Shown piece by piece: positions 1 to 12,408 of a DNA stretch of 64,000 nucleotides. The notes below the pieces were generated by a model. It had not been told where the DNA came from, searched no databases, and worked only from the letters and a program-made list of their open reading frames with translations. This stretch comes from Lingula anatina (taxonomy: Eukaryota > Animalia > Brachiopoda), in assembly GCA_051362555.1 (NCBI GenBank), contig CM120642.1, forward strand, positions 25,296,001 through 25,360,000, in the 5' to 3' direction. Position 1 is the stretch's first letter; the number at the start of each line of letters is the position of its first letter. The translations under genes were made by a program, and so were the position numbers.

Positions 1-1399
1 CAAAATTAAATCCACAACCAGATATTTATTGTTAATTTTCCAACTACGTTGACAGACAGTGTTGTATTGAAAAGTGTCTTTGCTATTCCCATGCCCATTT
101 CTGAAGGCAAAGATGAAGTTTCCCTTGACATTTAAATAATTATATTTGTAACTCATTTTAATGGAAGCCACTGCTTAATCAAGAGGCAATTGGTTCCGAT
201 TAACCTTTAGAAAAATCACTTACCTGGTTTTCCTTTAGTTAGTCCTCTCCAAAAGAATGAAATCCATGTTTCTATTTAAGGTGCAAATTCTCTAAAGGTA
301 ATTGGGTTGTTTCCCAAGGCCTGTTTGAATTTAAAATGATGTGAACATTTGGCTTGTTTGATCATAATAAAACTGCAATAGGAGAAAGCTGTACTTCTAT
401 TAACTTACACTCGATGTACACTTTTCTCCCTAAATTGCTGTTATTATAGACCTAGTGTTCTCGCTATTTCTTCTCTTTATGTTTTCTGAACGGTTTCTGG
501 GCTTCAATTGGAATGCCGAATATAGATAAACAGAGTCATTGTGGACTTCAGTATTTGTGCTAAGGACTGTGAAATTTATTTATATTGTCCAAGAGTATTA
601 GAGAAACAGGTAGGATATATACTGTTTGCTGAGTGCATGATGCAGAAAGGTATTTCCTGAAGCGGAGATTCAGTGACTTGAGCAAAATGGAATTTTTCTT
701 ATCTAATTGTATGTACTGGTACATCAGTAAAAATCTTAATTGAGAATAAAGAAGCATTACCTCCCTGCGTTTGCATTGTGGATCTATGAACACTACAGTT
801 TGAAATACAGCCTGTTCTTTTCACTATCAATGGCTTTTGCCTAGTTTATGTTTGTCTGCTTGTAATGTTGTATGAAAAGCCTTTCTTTTTGAAAAAAAAA
901 AGAAGCAACAAATTAAGTTTATCAAAATAATCATGTTTTTAAGCCAACACCTGGTATAACATACAAATATAATAGTGCAGGCTGGTAAGAATACCCTCCT
1001 GCTATGAAAGAGAATTCAAAATGTTATCTAATTATTTGTTTTAGATATATATCTTACGGCTTTCCTAATAATGCAATTACTTAAAATACTAAGACAAATG
1101 ATATTATGTTTTCCCAAGATCAAACATTCAGAAATCTCTAATTTTGCTTGATTTTTGGACAGGCTTAAAGATGATGAGCAAACATGAAACAAAATCAAAA
1201 AATAAAAGCATAATGTTGCAGAAACATCCCCCCCCCCCCCCCCCCTGGGAGTTAAAATAAATCTACACTGAGTAAGTCTAGCTGCGTTTATATCAAACAC
1301 TGTGTCTGACCTTTTGTTTTTTTGGGTTTTTTTTCTTGGTGTGAAATATGGTGTGAAACCACCTTGGACAGTCCTAGCAGGAAACAAGAAACAGCTTGT

Positions 1400-1658
1400 T
1401 AGGCCCCATTCCAATACACACAAACGGTCCACTGGATCGACCCAACTCTGCGGGTCTCTTGCTGACTGCAGTTAGCTTCACTAAATGACACGCCTCCTCC
1501 TGGCATTATGTAGAATGCAGAAAAGCTGGTGTTAATTGAAGTACATTGAAAACAAGAGGAGGCGTGGCATTCAGTTAAGCTGATTGCACTTTGCTAGAAA
1601 CCCCACAGAGTTAGGTCAATCTACTTAGACCGATAGGTGTCTTTGGGAATGGAGTCTT
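1400..1658. mobile_element. Foldback MITE-like element with ~105-bp imperfect inverted arms
   Basis: Left arm aggccccattcc...cgcctcctcc (1401-1500) is the reverse complement, with mismatches, of right arm gaggaggcg...ggaatggagtct (1556-1657). Spacer is ~50 bp. Confidence 0.65.
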
Positions 1659-2281
1659 GGGCTCTGTAATAGTTTGCCTTCATCAAACTCAAAAACTTTT
1701 GACTTTGCTATGCAGGGAGGGATATGTAGGAAGTTAAAAGTACATTCTGTGCAATGATTTATAAACCAACTGACCTACAACTTTTACCTGTAGGAATATT
1801 TTGACATTTTCTTGGCCTTAGTTATTAACAAAATGAAGAACACATGGCAAAACTCAAATAAAATCCCTGTTATTAATTTGTGCATTTTCCTTCTTTTTCT
1901 TCCCTCCCCCCTCTCTCTCTCTCCCTCCCTCCCTCCCTCCCTGAAAGCAGTAGTATGGATTTAGTCTGCAATTGAGTTTATTTTCACTATCTTAAATAAC
2001 AACCCTCCATGATCTTTACCTATGTCTGCACCTGACCAAGCTCCCCCATTGTTGACTTAATACTCCAATATTTGCAAACAATGTGCCGGCTTTAAACACC
2101 TCTCCATTAAGGGGCTGGCAGGTCCCACAGTGCACCTTTAATTAGGCATGGGTTCCGTTATGTTGCACATAATTGGAGAAACGCGCCAGGAATGTTTTAT
2201 GGGTTGTTCATGTACATTGCAATTAACACACACTGAGTCATGAACTCAGGATCCAATATATATGGATATTGAATTCTTTTT

Positions 2282-2312
<31 letters not shown>

Positions 2313-3024
2313 CAAAAATGAATGTGTTTTCCAAAGAGGCTGCAGTGCATTTATGGCATGAGTGCAAAAAATGGGAAGTGCAAGCACATAATGGAGCAGT
2401 ATATTTTTCTATTGATTAACATACTTTTATCAGTTCCTGAATACAGCTAAAAGGCATTTCATGAGATATATAGTCTTCATTGTTATCGACTGTATTTCTG
2501 TTAAAAGCAGACCTCAAGTCTGTGCTTCTGGTGAAACTTGTTCATATTTTTGATGCCGAGTACAGAAATAGTGACATGGAGGTCCAGCCCTTGCCATTAA
2601 AAAAGCAAACAAATCCACCAAAAGATAGAATTTGTTCATACTGACATTTAAATGTTTCGTGATGTGTTCATGATCGATAGTAAATATTAATTCTGCTGGA
2701 AACTTGTGTATTCACTGCCTGGTCTTTAATTATACATGTTTTTAAATAAAGTCTGACTGCTGGATGCATGTCAGTACTTCCATTATGGAAAGAGTTCAGG
2801 GTTTTATCCATACTGTTCTTTATATTGTCAGTGAGAAGTGTTTTCAATTGCCAGTTTTCCTGAACTTCAACTCACTCACTATACAATTTTCATTTTAGTC
2901 ATTTATTTACTTATTTTAAAATTCTTCCAGCAAGAAATGAGTTTTGAATGCTTGTGTAGAAACATTCCTTTCCACGTTAAAGTGAAATGGAGCTTGTAAA
3001 ACATTTTCAACTTGTTAATTCCAG

Positions 3025-3381
3025 ACGTTAACTGTGTTAAACCCACTCAAGCATGCTGATGAGATGGTGGTGCAGGACGCGGACCTGACTGGCCCCCTGG
3101 TGTTCTGCATGGGGTTTGGAGGAACGCTTCTCTTGGTGAGTGCACAGTGTGTTAGTTGTGACAGCACAGCAGATGCTGTGCTGATTGTGTTAGTTGTGAA
3201 AGATGTGCCTTGTTGTGATGCAGAATACATGCTTTTGCTCTGGAGTCTTTCTCTTTATTGGCGGTATCTAGTTTTTACAGAGCAATTTGTTAAAATGGCA
3301 AAGAATATCCAAGTTCACTGGTAAAATATGTTGATATAATGAACAGCTTTTGTGTCATCATTTGTTCTTTGATCTTTTATC

Positions 3382-3429
<48 letters not shown>

Positions 3430-4523
3430 TGGTAGACATGCATTGCTAAATAATTGCTGTTCCAATTGAAAAGGTAAAAGGTTCAAATGCAGATTATAAG
3501 TGTATCAGCATAGAACCTGCTTTCAATTTTTCCATTACTGTTACAAAACCTATATTGTCTGCTCTATATTTCCAGGCAGGCAAAGTTCACTTTGGCTACA
3601 TCTACGGTATAGGAGTGCTGGGCTGTATTTCCATGTACTGTCTGATGAACATGATGAGTAAAGTCAGCGTTTCCGTGGGCTGCGTGATCAGTATTCTGGG
3701 CTACTGTCTGCTGCCTATGGTGATACTGTCCCTGGTGGCTGTGCTATTTTCATTAAAGTAAGTGTGCTGGCTATTAGGTAATGTTTTTTTTTTATCACAG
3801 GCAGTTATCTTCACTTGGAAAAATACACCAGAATGCACTGCATAATGTATACTTCCTTGTTAGTTTTTTCTCTTTGGTGACATTTGCAGGCCTTTTATGT
3901 ATGAACAATGGGAATGTAATTGTATCTGATTTTATACACACGGGAGCCTTGCTCTCTTACAATTTAGTGAGATTGGATTGATATTCCTATCTAGAACTCC
4001 ATATGTCCTAGTTCCAATCAAGAAAATTTTGGTAGGGGTTATTATGTGCACAGTTTTAGTGTCATATAAAATTATTAATAATTCTTATACAAGACATTGA
4101 TCACTGACATTGTGCTAGCCATTTTTTAAGAGAGCAGTGCTTTATCCAGTCACTTGTCGTTTAAGCAAAACTATTTGGAAATAAGCTACATGTTGTACTT
4201 ATTAAATTTTTATAGCATTTCACTGTGGTCTAGTGTCACCTTACTGTGGTGTAGCCTCATTTTATATTGCATATATCTATTTTGCATCCATTTTGTACCA
4301 GTGCTGGTGCACAAGTTGCAATGAATTATATTAAATTGACATTAATTTTGATATTTTCAGGGGTACAGTGGGGATGATATTGACAGTGATAGCAGTGATG
4401 TGGTGTAGTTTCTCAGCCAGTAAACTCTTTGTAACAGCACTGAACATGGACCATCAGCAGCCCCTGGTGGCTTATCCCTGTGCCCTGGTGTATGGGGTGT
4501 TTGCTCTGCTGGCTGTGTTTTAG
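3025..4523 (+). CDS. YIPF5: Yip1-domain family member 5 (YIPF5/Yip1A), last three coding exons; 5' exons lie upstream of the window
   Basis: Exons 3025-3135 ([37 protein letters not shown]), 3576-3757 ([17 protein letters not shown]...[12 protein letters not shown]) and 4361-4523 ([40 protein letters not shown]). GT-AG introns keep the frame, and the motifs match recalled YIPF5/7 sequence. Confidence 0.92.
3383..3430. repeat. (ATT)n microsatellite
   Basis: About 16 consecutive ATT units in a YIPF5 intron. Confidence 0.95.
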
Positions 4524-7107
4524 GAGCACAGGATCAACGGAATAACAAGAAAATTTGGTCATGGACACGTATTCTTATGTGGTCTATGGGGTGTTTGCTG
4601 ATGATGAACGGAAAAGAAAAATTCTGGTCATGGACGGGGACTTTTGTATGGTGTATGGAGTGTTTGCATCCTAGGCTGTGTTTCAAGTGATTTGGATGAG
4701 GGAAAAACAACAAAATTTGGTCATGGAGGCAGACTGTTTTAAGTGACACATGATGAAGGAAAAACCACGAAAAACCTGAAAATTGGTCAAGGACTCACTA
4801 GGACATGGAACAGATCCAAGTTTAACCAAGGTTGTTTGATTGATATAGATCAGAAGCATTTCATTGACATAGACCCTGCTGGTTGTTAAAGGACAAGTGA
4901 GATTGATGAGACTGTTTTTGGAGTGAGAAAAGCATCATGGATTAATGCTATTTACTGGTTAAAACAGCCAAGAGCACGCATCATTTAGAGCAGTCTCTTT
5001 AAGGCCTAGTGTAAAAATGGTGCATTTATTTGCTAACACAGTGCATGTTTGCTGTTTATTTTGGAGTAAGCCCTGATGATTCTCTCTGATTTAGGTGTGA
5101 AGACATCTGTTACAGTTTGTACACATGTTTTATTTTGAAGGTGCTATGAACATCCATTTTCAAATTTTCACTTTCGGACAAGTCAGATGTGACATATTTC
5201 ATGTGGACAAATGTTCTTGTATGAATTATATTGGAAAAAGAAAAAAATTTAAGCTGAAATTGAATACTTTATTGAGGATTGTGAAGGTATTCTGCCTCGT
5301 TAAACTTGAGGTTTTGGCAGGCTGATATAAATAGAACAATGATACATATATATGGTACCAACATTGAGGCACTCAGCATACATTGATCTGATATTAACCA
5401 TGTTTTTATGTTACAAACAATACAAGACCTATTATCAGCACATCAAAGACAAAAGTGACATGGTCATAGCTAGGTTCTGGCAAATGAGGCACTTGCCATA
5501 TCTTTTATGTCCCAAGATATATATATCAACAACAAAGCCAATGCTAGGAAAAAGATGCCCCCCCCCCCCCGGCTGGTAGTTATAACTTTTCAATATGTAG
5601 CTATGGGCAGGACATATTGCAATTATTTGTGATTGAGTTGGTAGCTTCTATATTAAATTTAAGCCAAGCCTCAGAAGTACATTTATTTATATGGTGTTCA
5701 TCATAATATTAAATCAAATGCTTCTCTCTGTGCCAATTCATTTTTTAAGTTGTTTTCTTCCTGGTTTAATGATAACTGAAAATGCCCAGTAAAAGTTAAG
5801 ATGAATCAGACTCGACAACCTTCAGTGTGCTGAAACTGGCTCTGTTGAACAAATGTGGTGAGGGAGTATGTTTTATTATTTATATTATATTATATATAAG
5901 AGAGCTGGTGGTATATAGGCGATGTTATGATACAAGACTGACTTTCTGTCATCGCTTAACAGTTGCCATGTGTATTAAGCAAATGAAGAATGAGATTTCT
6001 TGACATCAATAATTGAATTGTAACCGTGTAGGATTTATTATCATAAGTATTTCTAGGGATCATCTTAGAAAAGTGAATTTTTCATAGAAAGCATTGTATT
6101 AAGAGACAAAATTCCCATATTTTTATGTTACTTCTTTCATAGAAATAGTGTAGTTATTGTTAGAACTGGTGTTAGTTTGACCAGCATGGAACATATACTA
6201 AGGTGACATTATCAAACCAGGTAGTGAATTGCTATTTGACATTTAAGTAAAATGTACATTATTAATGACAAATAAATTATTTTTAAGAAAATCAGATTTC
6301 TAAAGCATCATAGCTGTGTTCCTTCACGTCTTTATACATCTCAAATATGGCTTATTAACACCAAGCCGGAAGAAGGCTTGATGATATTTCTACTATCATT
6401 AATTAGTCATCTAAGACTTGCGTTCCCCCATAAAAGCATGTTGTTCACATTTAAACATTAATAATTGCTCACATCCATCCAATTATTCTGAAATTTATTT
6501 TCATTTTACTTTACTGAAAAGTTTTAAGTATGACGGTTTCACTTGACATTTTATAGTTATTCACGGGGTTTTCTAAGTGAAATCCGCCTGTATTAACAAA
6601 AGAACATTGGCGATGAGTTCGATTGTTTGAGACTGAACGACGCGAGAAGAATTGACAAATTCCATTAGCGTTTACATATCTCAAACTTGCTAACTAATCT
6701 TGCTGTGTATCGATACTTACCTATATCATTTAATAATGAAAAACCCGGACTAAACGATCCTCAGTATGCCATTAAAGAATCAGGACACCCTTATACAGAG
6801 AAAGCGCTACAGGTTGTCTTTCGTATTCGTTAGGCCAAGAGAAGCAATTTTCTTGGTGGACCTTGTATTGTCTATTTATATTCTTTTCACATTCTTACTT
6901 CAATGAAAAAGTTTAAATTGCACGGGAAGCGAAAAAGAGAGCAGAGTTACTGACGTCAGAAGTAATTGGTTTGAGTCCATTATGGTTAAACTTCAAATTA
7001 TTTTGAATAAGAGATGACGTTGAACACATCGGCAATAATATAGATATTTACGAGCCTTAGAGCCACGTGGCAGACTGGGAAGAAGGTTTTGGCCGATACT
7101 TGAAGAG

Positions 7108-8991
7108 ATGGCTCCTAAAGGAAAAAGGCCGATTGATCTGATTAGATCGAAGATACATCGGACAATTCACCTGTTGAAGACTCGCGTATGTCGGTGCCAA
7201 AAAAAGTTGTTGAAGGGAGGAAATGTGACATTTCGCAGACGACATATGAATGTAGCCGTTGGAGTCTGCATCAGTCTTGTGATCTTCTATAAATTTATAT
7301 TGTCAGGTAGTGAGACCACCGTGTCAACGGATGAGAAGGACGCTCAGATGGTGCCAAGAATGGTAAACACACTTACCTAAAGGTTTTTGAAAAATAATCT
7401 TATTTGATTAAATTTTTTCACTATTTTAATTAGTGATAAGCAAGAAAAAAGAGAAAAGCGAAAGAGAGAGCAAGACCGTTGTATCGATCGAAATATAGTG
7501 TATTGGAATGTATCCTATCTGGAAATTTTCCCGACAAATCGAATTTTCCTTGAAAACAAAAGGTTTTTTTGTCTCTCACGAACCATTGCTCGATGCCTCC
7601 GTGCACTCGCATTTGATGTTTTATACCATGTCTAATTAATCTAGTTTTGGATATTTTCCGTAACATTAAGACTCGTGTCTTTCTGTATATTTCAGAAGTA
7701 AAATCTTTCCCCTAGGTACTTATATCGTTTTATCGTTTAGTTTTAAGGTCTAAGCTGGGAAAGATAGGTAGTTTTTGCAGGATATATTTAGACAAAGAAA
7801 ATATGACTTTGGGACATCTTCTAACGCGGATAGTATACTTTGGTATTTTAGTGTGCATTTGTGTAGTGAAAAAGGGAAGGAGAGAAAGACCCGGCCTGCA
7901 TCGACCAAAGTTTTAAATAAATATAATTTATTTAATATTTGAAAACCATTTGCATTCTTCAGAATGCCGTGAGCCAGGAGGAGTCGACTGAGACCGTTTG
8001 GGAAGCGGAACTGGAACGGCGTAAGAATCTTATAATGGACGTCTGCAAAAAACATGGCATGTCGCTAGATTGGAGGCCAAATCCTAGCCGGCAGAAATAC
8101 ATTGTAGTAGAAGAAAAGAGCAAAGTTATGGCATGCTTAGTGCCAATTCCTAAGTCAGGGTTGTCAGGCTGGAAAAGATGGCTTCTGGCCATTGGCGGCT
8201 ACATGAATGGCACCATGCTTCAAGACATCGCGATCTCCAAAAAGTTACAGGCGGAATTATCTGTCAAGCACCTTAAGTCAATGCCCGCTTCAACACCCGA
8301 GCAACTGACTGCGTATTACAAAGTGTTTTTCATTGGGGATCCTTTAGAAAGACTCCTTTCTGTGTATAAGAATAAGATTGAAACAAACCATTTTAACAAT
8401 CTGGAGGTCGTTTCAGTTGTAGGAAATTACGTTCTAGAAAACTACCGCGGAGAAACCGCCAAACTTCCTGTGACCATAAAAAGGGAAATAGGAAAGGCCG
8501 TCTGCACTCTTCCTAACGGCCAGACGGTCGAATATTATCAGAGAGATAATAAGGATTTGATCAGTCTTTCCTTCGATGACTTTCTCAACTACGTTGTTGA
8601 CAATCCTGATAAAATGGACCTGTCATGGCAACCTCTACACGAGATCTGTCAGCCATGTGGGATTAAGTACGACATGGTCGGCTATTTCAGTTCGTTCCTA
8701 ACTGATAATGATAACATCATAAAACATCTAAAAGTAGACCCGACTATCAAATTCCCGGACTATTTGTATGATTCGTCTGAAAAAATTATGGATGAATATT
8801 ATTCGAAAGTTAGTAAGCAGGTATTATCGAGGATTAAGCAGATGTATGAGATAGACGCCCAAATGGCGGGAACGGTTCCGCTGGAAAGCGAAGTTCAGGG
8901 AAACGCGGCAAACAATTCTGCGGCGACGAACGACACTGATGCTAGTCAGTACGTCAATCCAATTCCTCCCCCTGAGGAGGAATTCATTTGA
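7108..8991 (+). CDS. Carbohydrate sulfotransferase-like protein (Sulfotransfer_2, CHST8-14/HNK-1 type), type II membrane, two exons
   Basis: Exon 1, 7108-7362, has a basic tail and TM segment VAVGVCISLVIFYKFIL and ends ATG|gtaaac. Exon 2, 7963-8991, follows ttcttcag in phase 0. Motifs: C..PK.G...WK (5'-PSB), DPLERLLSVY (3'-PB), WQP...ICQPCGIKYDMVG. Confidence 0.82.
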
Positions 8992-9670
8992 CACCTTATC
9001 GTCTGGCACCTTTAACGAAGAGACATTTCATAATTAATGTATCTGAAAGAGGTATTTTTATATTATAGCATGCTGTTGGAAACTGAGTGTCCCCCAATGC
9101 GTGCCGTTGGTTTGCAAACCATTCACAAAAATAGCTTTCTTGAAATTCATTGTATATCTATCAAAAGAAAGAAGATAACTTTAAAGAATAACATCATTAA
9201 TTGGTTTCGAGTGAAACTCATAGAATTTATATCGATATCTAAGATGTATTTTTGTCGTGACAGTATCCTATTTGTTAAAACACATGGCCTGACATTTACT
9301 CTGTCACATTAAATTGCACGTGACGTTACGGCCGCAACAGCTATGGCCGAGAAAATTGTTTAAAAAAAAAAGACACCTGTGGGTTGAATACATATTCTGG
9401 ACTATTAAAGAATTGTCAAGATACAAGTTGATTGTACGATAGATTGAATAATGTAAGACGAGCGTAACTCAAAAACAGATTTTCTTGACAAGTGGTCTAG
9501 TCAGATGACTGGTTTACAATTTATGTAAAAGTGTATTTATTGAAATTGATAGGCAAGTCGAACAATTCGGAAATTAATTCCAAGTATACTATCAAGTGTG
9601 ATGCGGGTAGGACAAGATGTGAACGATCAGTAAACCCGTAGACAGTGGTGGGTCCAATTTCACTCAAAAA

Positions 9671-9701
<31 letters not shown>

Positions 9702-10320
9702 ATGACAACTCTCGACGAAGGTTGCTCTTATTTTAGGTCAATTTCAATCCACTGCAAGTAAGAAACTAGACATTTACGTCTAGAAACAGACCAATTACCC
9801 TAGTTTTGGTGGAATAATATATCTTGGTAAACGTAAGTTTTGTCTCGTTTAAACCAGCTTTCGACTGTCGTTGATTGTAAAATAAGACCAAGGCATGTAC
9901 CACTTAAAATGTATTCGTGGAGTTGTCTGTCGTATAAGACTATTATTTTTATTCAGTGTCCGTCAATTCACTGGCGATGCTCTAAGATTAGTGTTATTAG
10001 TGTTGATGTCTGGTGGTGAAACCGTGTCGGGAATAGCAATAAAAGAATATACAATATTGACTCAAATCATGCGTAATATTTCGCTCGGCCTTTCTCTGTA
10101 CTGAGTTTCAGGTTTTACTAGAAGCCAACCTCTACATAATCAGCATCCTCCATCGTTAATTAATTAATTAATTAATTTATTTATTTATTAATTAACACTA
10201 TCTGTTACTTTGCTCTGAACTTGTCTTGCTGGAGATACGTACGTCATTCTGTATGTATGTATGAGAGGTAGGCTGCTACCACATATTTCCCAAAATTTAA
10301 ACAAGTAAAATATGTTAAAA

Positions 10321-10515
10321 TTATTGTTTTTATTTTTATCAAGAGCTTATAAAATATGTGGGTATAATCTCCAATATTTCTGTGACTGTCAGTCACCATC
10401 ATCAGGGAGTAAATTACAGTGGGTATTACCTCCAATATTTCTGTCCCAGTCACAGAAATATTGGAGGTAAAACCCACATATTTTATAAGCTCTTGATAAA
10501 AAGAAAAACAATAAA
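10321..10515. repeat. Long inverted repeat (~68-bp arms) with a partial third copy in the spacer
   Basis: Arm 10321-10388 (ttatcaagagcttataaaatatgtgggt...ctccaatatttctgtgactg) pairs with arm 10447-10515 (cagtcacagaaatattggagg...acccacatattttataagctcttgataa). Confidence 0.9.
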
Positions 10516-12408
10516 TTAAATTGATACATACAGAGCTAATGAAACTGTTCTCTCAAGTAAAATATGGATAAAGCAAAGGTGTAGAAGAGTGCAAAACAGA
10601 TAATATTCAAGATTATATTGCGAATTTATTGAATAATGTTTATTTAATTAAAAACCTTCACTCAATTCCCACAAATTTACGTCTTAAATTATGTGTGCCT
10701 GTTACTAGGTTAATTGCACCTCAACCAATTTACAAGCAATAAGTGTTAATCACTTATGCGTTGTTCGTTAGCCATTGGTAAATTACAATCTATACTAGAA
10801 AATGGTTAAATTAATGAGAAATGGGTACACCAAAGTGAATCCATAACCCCAGTTCAAAAATATGGCAAGGTGGTGGAACCAGCAAACGCAATGTCACGAC
10901 ATGGTACTTTTTGTGACAACTTTTGACAGTCTTTAATGAGAATGCAGTTACCGGCCGAGAAACAAGCTAACCGTTTACCTGAATTTTACGGCGGCATAAA
11001 CGCGACGGGAGAAAGAGCGGCTGCCGGTGTTTGGTCTTCGAGTACTGCTGCTCTAAAAAGTCAACAGACTGTGAGGAAACTATAGCGTCTTCCGTTTAAA
11101 TTTGCTAGTCACGTTTACTTTCACATGAACATTGCTAAAATCAATGTAATATATACCAATTTACAGATTGTGAAAAACGTCAAGAGACACTATAATTGCT
11201 GAATCAGTTTGCTATACCCTTGGTTTTATTTACACCTTAAATAACCTTTAAACATAATATACAACATGTACACCTATGATACAAAGAGCCATTCCTCGAA
11301 ACAAATTGAATAGCAGTAAGATGAGGATAAAGCATTCCCACATAAAAATACCATGCTTTTGATGAACATCCGTTCACAACCGCACTGCTGACGTTTTTCA
11401 AACAACCGCCATTTATTTTATTACACTTCTATCAGTTGAGTTACCAAATAATAAAAATCCAGCAAAGATCATACATGGTATCAAAGGCATTTGAGAAAAT
11501 GATTTTAATTTGAGCAGTTTACTGAAATAACTGGCACAGTCAATCATAAGTAGGATCTACAGTGATTTATTTATTAGAGAAATAAAAACAACAATTGTAA
11601 CAAAAAGCCAAGTCTTTGGTAAATATACTATCTTCTGTGTCTTAATGTGTTCATAAGACCTTTCATAAAGATACTTATATTCTTATACCATTTACCTCAA
11701 CAAAATGCTTACTATGCAAAATCATACCGAAATTTCCTAATTAAAATCGTGGATGGAAATTATAGAAAAAAAAGTTTGAGAGCCTTTAAAACTCTCAATC
11801 ATCTCTGGACAGTGCATTTTAAATGTTGACACTGTAAATGCAATCCCACTGGAATATACACAAATCATTCAACTTGGGGAGCTAACAGCAAACACCAAAA
11901 ATAAAAAAAGGAAAAAAAGGTTAACACTAGACATCAATTATAACTGCACTAAAATGGTTCATTGCACATGTTAATGTCTACAAGACTGAATGTCAACAGC
12001 AGCAGTGGCATAAAACTAATATCAAAACTTTTATGCTGGTATTCAAAGACATTTTCTTTTCATACTCTGAACACTGTGTTATTAACACTAGAAAAGCTCC
12101 ACAGTTCCCACAGCAGGGCATGAGGCCAGGTAGGGGTGAGTGGGTACCAATCATATAACACATAGGCAGATCAAGCTGCCGATTCTCATCACTTGAGAGG
12201 TTCATTCTACATTATAACTGCAAATCTTCTTTGGAATAAATTCAACTAAATTTCCAAAATGTTAAAACTTCTTATTAATCAACATGGGTGTTTTTGGTAG
12301 TTCCCCTGGACCCAGCTTTGGTTTGGAAATTCAGATGTTATAAAAATGCAAAGAAAGCACCATAATGAATTTCTTCTTGAACCTGAAACTCCATCCATTC
12401 ATTCCTCA

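Noticed and set aside
2030-2250. Cluster of TAAT/ATTA and TGAGTCA motifs in the YIPF5 intron as an enhancer
   Set aside because: Short motifs are expected in AT-rich DNA, and conservation cannot be assessed here.
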